In this document: positions 50,024 to 62,999 of the stretch, one piece after another
How the letters are laid out: each line of letters starts with the position of its first letter
Numbering within the stretch: the stretch's first letter is position 1
Assembly (NCBI GenBank): GCA_002269645.1
Contig: NIVC01000151.1
Coordinates: forward strand, 496,001-560,000
Source: Macrostomum lignano
Taxonomy: Eukaryota
DNA: 64,000 nt
Direction of reading: 5' to 3'
Notes under the pieces: model-generated
The model's input: only the letters and a program-made list of their open reading frames with translations
Told to the model about the DNA's origin: nothing
Databases searched by the model: none
Translations under genes and position numbers: made by a program

Positions 50024-50974
50024 AAATTGCCGACTATGAAGGAGACTCTGGGGCGTCGCGGCTGGCCAAAACTCTTTGGGATTCGGCCGTTTCTGAACAC
50101 CGCGGGCTGGGCTGCTCATTCGAGGTGCACAATTTGTTTCTGTGAATCTCCATAATTGGGAAATTTTCCGGGAATTTCACTGAGTCACCTGTTTATTTTT
50201 AAGCCGTTTTTAGGGTTCATTTTGAAATTTTGTAACCCAATTATCCAGTTCAATTTCACGTCTCCCCATCACTACTCCGTTAAAAGGCTTATATTATTGC
50301 TATAAGATTTATTTATTGTCTGTCGTTTTAATTTGTACTTTTAACTGTACTTTTTCGGCCTTCTGGCTCAGACTTAACATTATTCGAGCTCTGCTGCGAC
50401 GCGAAGCCGCAGGCAGTACAACAAATTTTATTCAGCCGGCAATGCTTAATTGAAGCATCGCTACATATCGGCACAAACTGCCGCTGCCCTTCAAACCAGA
50501 ATTATTTTTTTTATTTCAATTTTTTTATGATTATATGCGGCGGCCATGCTCTGCTTGCTGCCGACTTGAGCAGTGAGAAGGGCTGAGAGAATCAGTAATT
50601 GCTTGCTTGCATCTCCCGGCCTCTATTTGTGGCCAGCTGCTCGGCCACGTTGAGGTCGCCGCGTTCGCACATTTTCTATTGAAGTTTAGAAGCCTGCGAC
50701 AGCCGCGATCAATCTGTTTCTGAGACATGTATCTGTAATTAGCCTGCTCACCTGACTATCTTTATTTCTATGCATGTTGCGCTGTCTGTGTGCGCGTGCA
50801 GATCCCGTCATTCTTATCGTTTTTGCACTTTTAGATTTTTCTGCAACTCGTAAAAATATTTATTGCGCCTGACTAATGTTTACTACGTGTGTGAGCTTTT
50901 CTTAGTGGCAGTCACTTGTCCACCTCTGGTGCATCCGCTGTTGTGATGCTAATGATATCCTGCTGCAAACCCTA

Positions 50975-53870
50975 CCCCAATGTACCCTGACTCCCACCTC
51001 CCTCCCCGATTAATCTGTGCCCCAATGTACACTGACTCCCACCTCCCTCCCCGATTAATCTGTGCCCCAATGTACACTGACTCCCACCTCCCTCCCCGAT
51101 TAATCTGTGCCCCAATGTACACTGACTCCCACCTCCCTCCCCGATTAATCTGTGCCCCAATGTACACTGACTCCCACCTCCCTCCCCGATTAATCTGTGC
51201 CCCAATGTACACTGACTCCCACCTCCCTCCCCGATTAATCTGTGCCCCAATGTACACTGACTCCCACCTCCCTCCCCGATTAATCTGTGCCCCAATGTAC
51301 ACTGACTCCCACCTCCCTCCCCGATTAATCTGTGCCCCAGCGCAAACACCTGCATTGTCCCAGAGTGAGAAGTCACGCCACTGTCCAGGTCATATCCGGG
51401 CTTGGCCAAACTCAACCAACAAGATTTCGTGCCGCATAAGTCTCTTGTGTCGGCGTTGCCTCTCTGTGATTTTCAGCGCTCGTTTATATTTATTCACTTA
51501 TTTATTAATTTGTGCGTATTAGTGCAGCAAAAGATTTTTCGGCTCCAATTCTGAACGCCTGCAAGACTGCAGGAAGCGCTGCCAGACATTTCTGATCCTC
51601 GATGCGTTCGAGCACAAGAAAGCTTACTAATTATCCGTTTCTGAGAACATTCCCACCTGTTTTTTCTAGTACTTATACAGCTTTGACACTTTTCACTTAC
51701 TTGAACTAATTTTCTTTTTGAGAGCATGCTGTCTTCTTTAAGGTGACTCTGTTGTAATTCAGGCACTAATTGGTGACATTTGATATAGTGAGATTTTGAG
51801 ATTCCCTGCTCCTGTGGGGTGAGATTTGAGATTCCCTGTTCCTGTGGAGTGAGATTTTGAGATTCCCTGCTCCTGTGGAGTGAGATTTTGAGATTCCCTG
51901 CTCCTGTGGAGTGAGATTTTGAGATTCCCTGCTCCTGTGGAGTGACATTTTGAGATTTCCTGCTCCTGTGGGGTGAGATTTTGAGATTCCCTGCTCCTGT
52001 GGAGTGACATTTTGAGATTCCCTGCTCCTGTGGAGTGAGATTTTGAGATTCCCTGCTCCTGTGGAGTGAGATTTTGAGATTCCCTGCTCCTGTGGGGTGA
52101 GATTTTGAGATTCCCTGCTCCTGTGGAGTGAGATTTTGAGATTCCCTGCTCCTGTGGGGTAAGATTTTGAGATTCCCTGCTCCTGTGGGGTAAGATTTTG
52201 AGATTCCCTGCTCCTATGGACAGATTTTGGGACTCCCTGCTCCTGTGGGGTGAGATTTCGATGATAAATAATGGGCTCCGAACCCACCTGTCGTTAAAAT
52301 GCCAGCAATTGGTGTTCAGCCCCCAGGTCGCGCAACCCCAAACCTGCTTTCAGTAGTGGTGGCCTATCAGGTACAGCCTTACACAGCCCCATCTGACTTT
52401 ATGATGCGACTTCTTTCAGTCTGTATTCAAATTTCTGCTAGAAGCAGCCAGCCGGCTTCATGTCACCTTAGTAGACTTCGCCTCTGTCGCTATCCTCTAC
52501 TCCTGAGTTGCTTTAAACGCCAATCCAATATAGGAGTTCGCTTTTTCTGCCCTTTCTGTAGCTGCAAGTGCCTCGGACTCCTTGTGAGCAGGCGGTATGT
52601 GAGATCAGCCGCTCAATCTACCTGAAAAATACATTAATAAGCTGAACTCCGCGCTGCAGCCTCTTTTCTAACACTGTTTTATTGCACCAAAAATGTATGG
52701 AGATTGTTTGCCTTGACTTTGTTCCTTTCTGGGACTGCAACTGCTCAGTTCAAGACTACTCAAATGTTCATGTTAGCAATATTGTTCAAATACATGTACT
52801 GCACATTACAGATGAAATCTCCATCCCGACTGCTCACACCCCGACTACCCACCCCGACTGCTCACCCCGACTGCTCACACCCCGACTACCCACCCCGACT
52901 GCTCACCCCGACTGTTCACACCCCGACTACCCACCCCGACTGCTCACCCCGACTGTTCACACCCCGACTACCCACCCCGACTGCTCACCCCGACTGCTCA
53001 CACCCCGACTACCCACCCCGACTGCTCAACCCGACTGCTCACCCCGACTGCTCACACCCCGACTACCCACCCCGACTGCTCAACCCGACTGCTCACACCC
53101 CGACTACCCACCCCGACTGCTCAACCCGACTGCTCACACCCCGACTACCCACCCCGACTGCTCACACCCCGACTACCCACCCCGACTGCTCAACCCGACT
53201 GCTCACCCCGACTGCTCACACCCCGACTACCCACCCCGACTGCTCAACCCGACTGCTCACACCCCGACTACCACACCCCGACTACCACCCGACTGCTCAA
53301 CCCGACTGCTCACACCCCGACTACCCACCCCGACTGCTCAACCCGACTGCTCACACCCCGACTACCCACCCCGACTGCTCAACCCGACTGCTCACCCCGA
53401 CTGCTCACACCCGACTACCCACCCAGACTGCTCAACCCGACTGCTCACACCCCGACTACCCACCCGACTGCTCACCCGACTGCTCACACCCCGACTACCC
53501 ACCCGACTGCTCAACCCGACTGCTCACACCCCGACTACCCACCCCGACTGCTCAACCCGACTGCTCACACCCCAGTACCCACCCGACTGCTCAACCCGAC
53601 TGCTCACACCCCGACTACCCACCCGACTGCTCAACCCGACTGCTCACACCCCGACTACCCACCCCGACTGCTCAACCCGACTGCTCACACCCCGACTACC
53701 CACTCCGACTGCTCAACCCGACTGCTCACACCCCGACTACCCACCCCGACTGCTCAACCCGACTGCTCACACCCGACTACCCACTCCGACTGCCCACCCC
53801 GACTACCCACCCCGACTGCTCAACCCGACTGCTCACACCCCGACTACCCACCCCGACTACCCACCCGTGC
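50975..53870. repeat. Three minisatellites: 45 bp x8 (50975-51340), 31 bp (51790-52260), modular 13-14 bp C-rich (52820-53870)
   Basis: CCCCAATGTACACTGACTCCCACCTCCCTCCCCGATTAATCTGTG; GAGATTTTGAGATTCCCTGCTCCTGTGGAGT; CCCCGACTGCTCA/CCCCGACTACCCA. Confidence 0.95.
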
Positions 53871-54839
53871 ACAGCACAGACTAATTAAGTAATGTTAGAA
53901 GGACGCCACGCGCAAAACGTCCACATTTTATTGTACTGTAGGCCAACCATCCAAGATAATTATTCATAACTCCAGATGCACACAAGAGCAGAATGCGCAA
54001 AATTCTGTTCTCACCTGCATGGCGAATGAAAATTAGAATGAAGGCCCCAGACACCAGCTCATGAAAAGTTGCAGCTCCACTTCCAGTTGTTTCAGAGCCA
54101 TGCAGATGTTTCGGCAAACATACCGATGCAGGCAATGGAGACAGCAGTTTATTTTGAACACCTGAGACGAGCAATTGCGAAAAAAGGAAATGCAGTAACT
54201 ACATGCAAAAAGAAATAACGTTAGGTCTATTTGCAGTGCATTAATAGAAAAATCTTCGATCTACTCATAAATGCTGTGCGATAAAATTCACTTTCTGACT
54301 TCTGCATTGCCGTTTTCATACGTACTGACATTTTGAGTTCAAATTTAAACCCCTACTGTTGGATATATTTTACGAGCATATTGCTGGGGGTGTGTACATT
54401 GTCATCATCTTTCTACTGGTCAAAAAGCTCCCCTTCCAGTCACTTATCTATCTACTATTGCTTGTTGTGTGTTGGTGTCAGTTCAATTTCACATATACAA
54501 ATATATTTATGCTCGTATACATACACTTTCTAAAGCAACACGACTTCAAACGTTCAAGTTCTGCGTCCTGAGTTTTTTAACAGTCCATGAGTCTTACAAT
54601 TCTTATTAAATTAAAAAACCCGTTCTTTTCCTCTATTTAATGTCTTTTTCTCTCAGTCAGAGCACTGCTGATTTCTAAATTTGCCTATGGCCCAGTTTGA
54701 GCTTTTTGCGCTAAAGAGAGGCAAGGGAGGAATTGAAGTTTGGGTGCTACATGTACATGTATAAAAGATGTGCTACATGTTGTTATCGATTGTACCATGA
54801 CCTTTTTGCCCGGCGGGCACTTAATTAATCCCTTTCATA

Positions 54840-55365
54840 CCATAGACTACATTTAAGCCCGCATAAATCGAACAAAGTCTAAATCAAAATATACCAATAT
54901 TGATGGGCTGCAGAGGGCAGAAACGAGCTATAACTCCGAGGTGTGTTAGCTCGTTTCTGCCCGATGCGGCCCATCCATATTTTAGTGTTATAGTTAGCGG
55001 GCGTGAAACGCGGTTTCACGACCCCCTGAGACTGTCTATGGTAAAATCCCATTTACTCCAATGCATTCTGTCGGTTTCACGGCCCACAGAAAATGTCTAT
55101 GGCAAAGTCAGAAGAAAGCGGGATCAAGGGGGCGCTTGAGCCCCCTTGCGCGGGTATGGGGCAGAGCCCCCACATTAGCACACCAGCACTCTTGACAAAG
55201 AAAGAAAGAATGAAATCTAAAAAAATGTCTATAGCCAAAACTGCTTATTTTGCGAATTGAAAAAATATGGCATTTTCCAAGCCAATTGAGTCTATAGGAG
55301 AAGGAATTTAATCCTTATTGTGAGAATCAAGCTATTGAAAACTTGTATTTCATTGTCTATGGCCC
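54840..55365. mobile_element. Cluster of short MITE-like elements with CCATAGAC...GTCTATGG termini
   Basis: CCATAGAC at 54840; GTCTATGG at ~55034, 55096 and 55357; internal hairpin GGGCAGAAACGAGCTA / TAGCTCGTTTCTGCCC. Confidence 0.45.
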
Positions 55366-57357
55366 AAAGGGGGTCTATAGAGCAACCAATTTGAGAACTT
55401 GGGCGCGCAATTAATCCTTTTCACAGTGCTCATAAATCCTTCACGAATAACTTCACTGAAATAACGTCTGCAAACAGATGGCATATCAAAAAACGATTGA
55501 CACTTTGATTTCAGAGAAACCAATCAAAACAGGCAAAGGCAAAACCATGGCATACAGTATAAGCCGCGAGAACAATCGTGTCTCTCAAAACGATGTTGGA
55601 CAGATTAAAATCAAACCCGATCAATGTTCAGAGAATTTCTTCCTAATTTAGGCAGCGCCAGATGAATCGAAGCATCTGTTTTTCTCTTTACGTCCAGCCA
55701 TCGCAAACAGCCATTACGGCAGATGACATAAATAACTGCCTCTAATTTGCGGGCATAATTTAACAACAGTTTCAAACGAGACGGTAAATGATGCCAGCAG
55801 AATTGGCATATTTGCAAATTATTGGCATATTTGCAAATTATTGGCAAATTAATGATCCTGTCATCCAGTTTTGTTGGTGGTCCACGTTGCATGCTGGATC
55901 GGAGGCTTCAAAAGATGCATGCAATGGCTATGTACCTACTACTTTTGGGTGTCCTAATTGACTTGCACATAAAGTTATGTTGAAAAACATAACACTGTCT
56001 GCCATCATAATTCTAATTATGGGCTTTTTAAGCTTTGGAATAAAATATACATTCGTTTTAGACTCATCCTCTGTTGTCTATCCGACTCTATCAATAAGAC
56101 TATTGATCAGAAAAATATCCGTAAAAACCAAACTGACTTGGAAAATGAATTATATCAAAATACATAGCCGTAACAAAAAAAATTCGGCAAATAACACTGT
56201 ATAACATTTATCCTTGGACACAGATTTATAAAATAAAATTCAGAAGAAAAAAGAAGTAAAAACGTTGCTGCACCACAAAGTTGAGTATGTTATTAATCCG
56301 ATATTTTAAGTTTATGTGATTTTCGCCTTTTTAGTCATCGTGCAGATTTTTTCAGCTATCTTCGTTTCAATTTACGAAGTAGCATTTTGATTGAAGCGTG
56401 ATAAAGAATATTTGTATTTAAGTTTCAACTCTTTCTATCGGAGTTTTTTATTGCAATCGATAATTGGGCATAAAATGGTTCAAATCAATTAGTTTTGTAG
56501 AGAAAGTAAACTTAGTAAAGGTCCACCGTTTAAGATTGAAGTATAGTCCTGTCTCCAGATGCACACTTTGAACTTGAAGACATTGATGATCATGGAGAAT
56601 GGAAAAGAAGTTCTAGAATCCTACTGAAATTTCAAGGGGTTGATTAATAAAAAAATCAGAACTTAGCAAAATTTAAGACATTGATTCTGTATAGTGTATT
56701 TTTGTTTTTGTATAGTATTGATGTATTTATGCTTTGATTTTGATATAAATTAATGAAAAAAACTCGACCGTAACATAGTTGATAGGTTTTTTGTTTCGAT
56801 AATTAAAAAGCAAAATTTGTATATCAGATTCATAGATTGGATTCTTTTCATCAATAAATTATTAAATACTTTAATATTTAGAAAAACATTATTTCTCAAT
56901 CTCACCTACTATTAATAGCTTTTTTGAATCAAGTTGTAGAATTATAGTTTAGAATTTCCACTATATTGTCTAATAAAAAAATCATGCAAGGCCTATCAAA
57001 TTTGTCATTAATTTAGCAATTTGACCAATTTCTATTGCCATAAATTAATTTGTAAGATTTTAAGCCATGGATAGTACTGTCATGGTCAGCTTTCAGAAAA
57101 ATTCTAAAGATATATTTTCCATTTCAAATTAGACTTTTACAAATTGGAAATAGCATTTCTAAGATATTGTTACGGACTTGTATAATTATTTTATTAAGTC
57201 ACTGTAATATAAGTTTAAAATGATATAATTTTTATCACAACAAACTTAAAATTCAGTCCAACACTTCATGAGCATTTGCTTGGCAGGTATCAGGTGATCC
57301 CGTGCTCTTGTTAAAGCCAGATTCATCTCAGCAGCTTCGCATCTTCAATCTCTTATC

Positions 57358-60300
57358 ATGCCACCAAAGCGCAAGGCAGCAGCTGCCAAAGCAGCCGGCA
57401 AAGGTGCCAAGAAGGCCAAAGCCACAGAGCCAGCAAAGCCCGCCCTGGAGAAGAAAAGCACCCTGCAGAAGGCCCTGTCTGTTGCCAAGAAGGTGGCCGC
57501 CACCTCTCCAGCTGCTGGAGGCTCTGGCAAAGTGAACATCAAGGTGGACATCCATGTCCCCAATTCCAGTATGTACAAGGTGCGTTGGTTTCACGATAAA
57601 TTTATAGCAGTCACTACAATTGCGAGATACAATATAAAAATGAAGCTATTGAGTAATCTGTGGTTGTTGGGGGCTGCAGCTGAGTTCTGGCGCACAAACT
57701 CTGGTGACTTCTATTCATCCATCATTGCTTCAACTCTAATGGCTTTTTTCTGAAAAATTTGATCCTAAAATGGGCCGTTTTAATAGCGAGAGTTAAACGT
57801 AAGTTACACAAGCCGGGCGCACCTCAGGCGGGCGATTTCCAAGCTGCTATTCACTCATTTCCAAGCTGCTATTCACTTAATTCCAAACTACTATTCACTC
57901 ATTTCCAATCTGCTATTCACTCAATTCCAATCTGCTATTCACTAATTTCCAAGCTGCTATTCACTCAATTCCAAGCTGCTATTCACTCATTTCCAAGCTG
58001 CTATTCACTCATTTCCAAGCTGCTATTCACTCATTTCCAAGCTGCTATTCACTCAATTCCAATCTGCTATTCACTCATTTCCAAGCTGCTATTCACTCAA
58101 TTCCAAGCTGCTACTCACTCATTTCCAAGCTGCTATTCACTCAATTCCAATCTGCTATTCACTCATTTCCAAGCTGCTATTCACTCAATTCCAAGCTGCT
58201 ACTCACTCATTTCCAAGCTGCTATTCACTCAATCCCAAGATGCTATTCACTCATTTCCAATATGCTATTCACTCATTTCCAATCTGCTATTCACTCATTT
58301 CCAATCTGCTATTCACTCAATCCCAAGCTGCTATTCACTCATTTCCAAGCTGCTATTCACTCATTTCCAAGCTGCTATTCACTCATTTCCAAGCTGCTAT
58401 TCACTCATTTCCAAGCTGCTATTCACTCATTTCGAATCTGCTATTTGCGCCCGCACGAATCCGCAGGTGCACCAAGACTACGACGCCATGCTGAACCAGA
58501 CGAACATCGGGCAGAACAACAACAAGTTCTACGTGATCCAGGTGCTGGAGCGGGGCTCGGTGTACTACGCCTTCAACCGCTGGGGCCGGGTTGGCGAGCC
58601 GGGCCAGAAGTCTCTGAAGCAGTTCGGCAGCGCCGCTGCCGCAATCGCCGACTTTGAAAAGAAATTCTCAGACAAAACGCGCAACAAGTGGGCGGACCGG
58701 GCCAAGTTTTCTCCCGTCAAGGGGAAGTACACCCTGCTGGAAATGTCCTACGATGACGAGGAGGACGACACGGCCAAGAAGGTGGCGCTTCTGGTGAGCT
58801 GAAAAACTTTCGTTTATATTCTGTTAACTCGCAGTAAATATTCCATCATTTTTTGCTTTGGTACTCTGCTAGTACTTGCGTACCCAAGTACTTGCATACT
58901 CAAGTATTTGAATGCTTTAGGACTTGCGTACTCAAGCACTTGCATACTTTAGTACTTGCGTACTCAAGTACTTGCATACTTTTGTACTTGCGTACTCAAG
59001 TACTTGCATACTTTAGTACACTTGCGTACTCAAGCACTTGCATACTTTAGTACTTGCGTACTTAAGTACTTGCATACTTTAGTACTTGCGTACTCATGTA
59101 CTTGCATACTTTAGTACTTGCGTACTCATGTACTTGCGTACTCATGTACTTACGTACTTAAGTACTTGCGTACTGGGCTTCAGTAAACAAAGTACAAACC
59201 AGTACAAGCTGTGATTTAATAAATCAAGCCCCTTACTTCAGAACGCTAGCGGAGGCTCTGCCGTGCAGGCCAGCTTTGAGCCGTCTAAGCTGGACGCGCA
59301 GACGCAGCGCCTCATGGACCTGATCTTCAGTAGCGACATGTTCCGCAACGCCATGGAGCAGCTCAAAATCGGTGAGTACTTTCTTTTGTAGGCAGTCTCG
59401 CCAGACAGCTGAGTTAGCATCTCACTGCATCAATCCTTCCCAGACGTGAAGAAAATGCCGCTGGGCAAGCTGTCCAAGGCGCAGATCGCCAAGGGCTTCG
59501 AGGTCCTTGAGGAGCTGGAGCGCGAGATGGACGGCACCAAGAAGAAAGCCAAGCTGACGGAGCTCTCGTCCAAGTTCTACACCGTGGTGCCGCACAACTT
59601 CGGACGCCTGGTGCCGCCGGTCATCCAGACCAAGGAGGCCCTGCGGGAGAAGCTGGATATGCTGCTCGTGCTCTCCGACATCGTGGTGGCGCAGTCGCTG
59701 CAGAAGGAGAACGAGATGGCCCTGCAGAAACAGGTGCGAGTCCGGCTTTCTGTTGGATCCTAAACAGATTTTTGGATGCCCAAGCGGAATATGGGATGCC
59801 CAAGCTGATTCTGGGATACCCAAACTTATTCTGGGATACCCAAGTTGATTCTGGGATACCCAAGCTGATTCTGGGATACCCAAGTTGATTCTGAGTTACC
59901 CAAGTTGATTCTGAGTTATCCAAGTTGATTCTGGGATACCCAAACTGATTCTGGGATACCCAAGTTGATTCTGGGATACCCAAACTTATTCTGGGATACC
60001 CAAGTTGATTCTGAGTTATCCAAGTTGATTCTGAGATACCCAAACTGATTCTGGGATACCCAAGTTGATTCTGGGATACCCAAACTTATTCTGGGATACC
60101 CAAGTTGATTCTGAGTTACCCAAGTTGATTCTGAGTTATCCAAGTTGATTCTGGGATACCCAAGTTGATTCTGAGTTATCCAAGTTGAGTCTGGGATACC
60201 CAAGTTGATTCTGAGTTATCCAAGTTGAGTCTGGGATACACAAACTGATTCTGGCATACACAAACTATTAGTACCTTGACTACTGTTACCTTTAAAGCTG

Positions 60301-60731
60301 CCCCAATTGAAAATCACCCGATGCTTCAGTTGCTAAGCGAAATCCGCCCTCCCCGATCCGCAGAGCGCCGGCAAGAAGCCGAACCCGATGGACATCAACT
60401 ACGAGAGCCTGAAGTGCAAGCTGGAGCCGGTGGACCTCAAGTCGCAGGAGTTCAAGGTCATCGAGACCTATCAGAAGCAGACAGGCGGCGTTGGCAAAAT
60501 TCTGCAAGCCTGGCGGGTCGACCGCGAGGGCGAGGAGGAGCGGCACGTCAAGGCCGGCGACGTCAAGCTGGACAACCGCAAGCTGCTGTGGCACGGAACC
60601 AACGTGGCCGTGGTGGCCGCCATTCTCAAGTCCGGTCTGCGCATCATGCCGCACAGCGGGGGCCGCGTCGGCCGCGGGATCTACTTTGCTAGCGAGCAGG
60701 GGAAATCCGCCTGCTACAGTGAGACTGGGAC

Positions 60732-60780
<49 letters not shown>

Positions 60781-60805
60781 ATGTCTGTCTGTATGTCTGT
60801 CTGTA

Positions 60806-60876
<71 letters not shown>

Positions 60877-60893
60877 GTGTCTGTCTGTCTGTG

Positions 60894-60970
<77 letters not shown>

Positions 60971-60971
60971 T

Positions 60972-61046
<75 letters not shown>

Positions 61047-61049
61047 TAG

Positions 61050-61096
<47 letters not shown>

Positions 61097-61980
61097 AGCC
61101 GCAGCTCACTCTCTATTTGCCCTCCCACCGCAGCGAGCCGCGCCACCGGTAACCAGGGCATCATGTTTCTGAACGAGGTGGCCCTGGGCAAGATCTGCAA
61201 GATCACCGTGGGAAACTCGTCCTACACAGCCGCCCCTTCCGGCTTCAACTCGATTTTGGCTGAGGGTCGCACCGAGCCGGGTGAGTCTGGGATGGGGTGG
61301 GGATACAGTGGCTGGCAACCAGGAAGATTCAGTGGCGGGGAGCTGGCAGATTCAGTGGCGGGGAGCTGGCAGATTCAGTGGCGGGGAGCTGGCAGATTCA
61401 GTGGCGGGGAGCTGGCAGATTCAGTGGCTGGGAAGCTGGCAGATTCAGTGGCTGGGAAGCTGGCAGATTCAGTGGCTGGGAAGCTGGCAGATTCAGTGGC
61501 TGGGAAGCTGGCAGATTCAGTGGCTGGGAAGCTGGCAGATTCAGTGGCTGGGAAGCTGGCAGATTCAGTGGCTGGGAAGCTGGCAGATTCAGTGGCTGGG
61601 GAGCTGGCAGATTCAGTGGCTGGGAAGCTGGCAGATTCAGTGGCTGGGAAGCTGGCAGATTCAGTGGCTGGGAAGCTGGCAGATTCAGTGGCTGGGAAGC
61701 TGGCAGATTCAGTGGCTGGGAAGCTGGCAGATTCAGTGGCTGGGAAGCTGGCAGATTCAGTGTCTTGTCGGTAACCAGATGATGTGGCAACCCCTGTCGC
61801 CGCGGCTCCGCAGACCCCAGCCAGGACACGACCCTGGCTGTGGGCAGCCGGGTTGTGAAGGTGCCGCAGGGCAAGCCGAAGCCCATCGGGCCGAGCTCGT
61901 CGCACTTCTCCCAGAGCGAGTACCTGGTGTACAAGGAGTCGCAGTGCCGCATCCGCTACCTGCTGCGCATGCAGTTCTGA
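57358..61980 (+). CDS. PARP3: Poly(ADP-ribose) polymerase 3; exons 57358-57579, 58467-58793, 59242-59371, 59444-59733, 60364-60718, 61134-61280, 61814-61980
   Basis: WGR domain ([24 protein letters not shown]), regulatory domain ([19 protein letters not shown]), catalytic H-Y-E ([37 protein letters not shown]). No zinc fingers or BRCT. All phases fit. Confidence 0.95.
57838..61760. repeat. PARP3 intronic arrays: 21 bp (57838-58445), ~16/32 bp (58870-59175), 20 bp (59790-60260), (GTCT)n (60731-61095), 24 bp (61325-61760)
   Basis: TTCCAAGCTGCTATTCACTCA; AGTACTTGCGTACTCA; CCAAGTTGATTCTGGGATAC; GTCT; TGGCAGATTCAGTGGCTGGGAAGC. Confidence 0.95.
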
Positions 61981-62999
61981 GCTCCGGCGGCCTCGGAGGC
62001 GGCTTATCTGCCATCAATCTGAAACCTGAAGCGTCACATTCCTTAACAATGACAAGTTCGCATCCCTTCGGTCCCCTCCGCATTGCCCGTTTTTGCTTAC
62101 CCGCGCGCCTTACAATAACATCTGACCGTTTGCGAAACTGTGTTATTCGCATCTCTGCCTTATCACTAGCACTTTCAGACTGTGAGACGCTGTCTCTAGG
62201 GTGTTGCACATTAAAAAAATAATTTTCTCTACTTATTTGCACATTCGAAACTTTTTAGTTATTAGAGAAAGACTTTGACAGATTTTCTTTTTACGAGTAA
62301 AATCTCTAGACATGTGCGAGAGCTTATCTGGTTCTTCTGTGTTTTCCTTTTAGCTCTTTTAAAATGCTATTTAATTGTATATCAAGATTTTATTGATTCT
62401 CCATTACAAGATAGCAAAGTTTTGTTTGTTTTACTAAATCTTTTAAGCTGCGAGCTTAGTTGTATCCGTGCGCTTTGTTTTGTTTTCTTGTAGACGGACC
62501 CTGCCAGCTTTAATTGTTTAGCCATAAAACTTAATCGCTACTTTTTGTCAGCGAATCTTTTTATTGGAAATCAATTAATCAAAGTCTGCACTACTTGTTT
62601 CATATAGCGCCTATGCGTTTGGTTATTTCCTTGTACTTTGCACAAGTCAAGTTTGTCAATTTTTTTGTTTAAAAAACGAAGAAATAAGCACTACATGAAG
62701 TTTATAGCCCCGAAAATTTTCTCACACAGCTATCAATCTTTGACTTGGCGTTTCGATTAGGAACAATTCTTTAAAATGTGATTTTGTTTGCAGAGTTCTT
62801 TTTGTTTGCGTGAGCGGTCGTATTTACTATTCGATAAAGTCGTTTGAATCCACTAAGAATCTAAAAATAGTTTCGTACTGTTTGGATAAAGATAGGGACT
62901 TGACTTGAGTCAATATCCATAGGATTCTTAACAATGTCATAAACTTTTTGTAAGCTCATGCAAACAGATCGAGATACTTGTTTGATTAGATTTGTTTAA

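Noticed and set aside
21075-61952. Long ORFs made of repeated peptides (e.g. 22788-23621, 26553-27911, 30218-31075, 52682-53888, 60491-61774)
   Set aside because: They are stop-free translations of intronic or intergenic minisatellites; the real exons are bounded by splice sites and homology.
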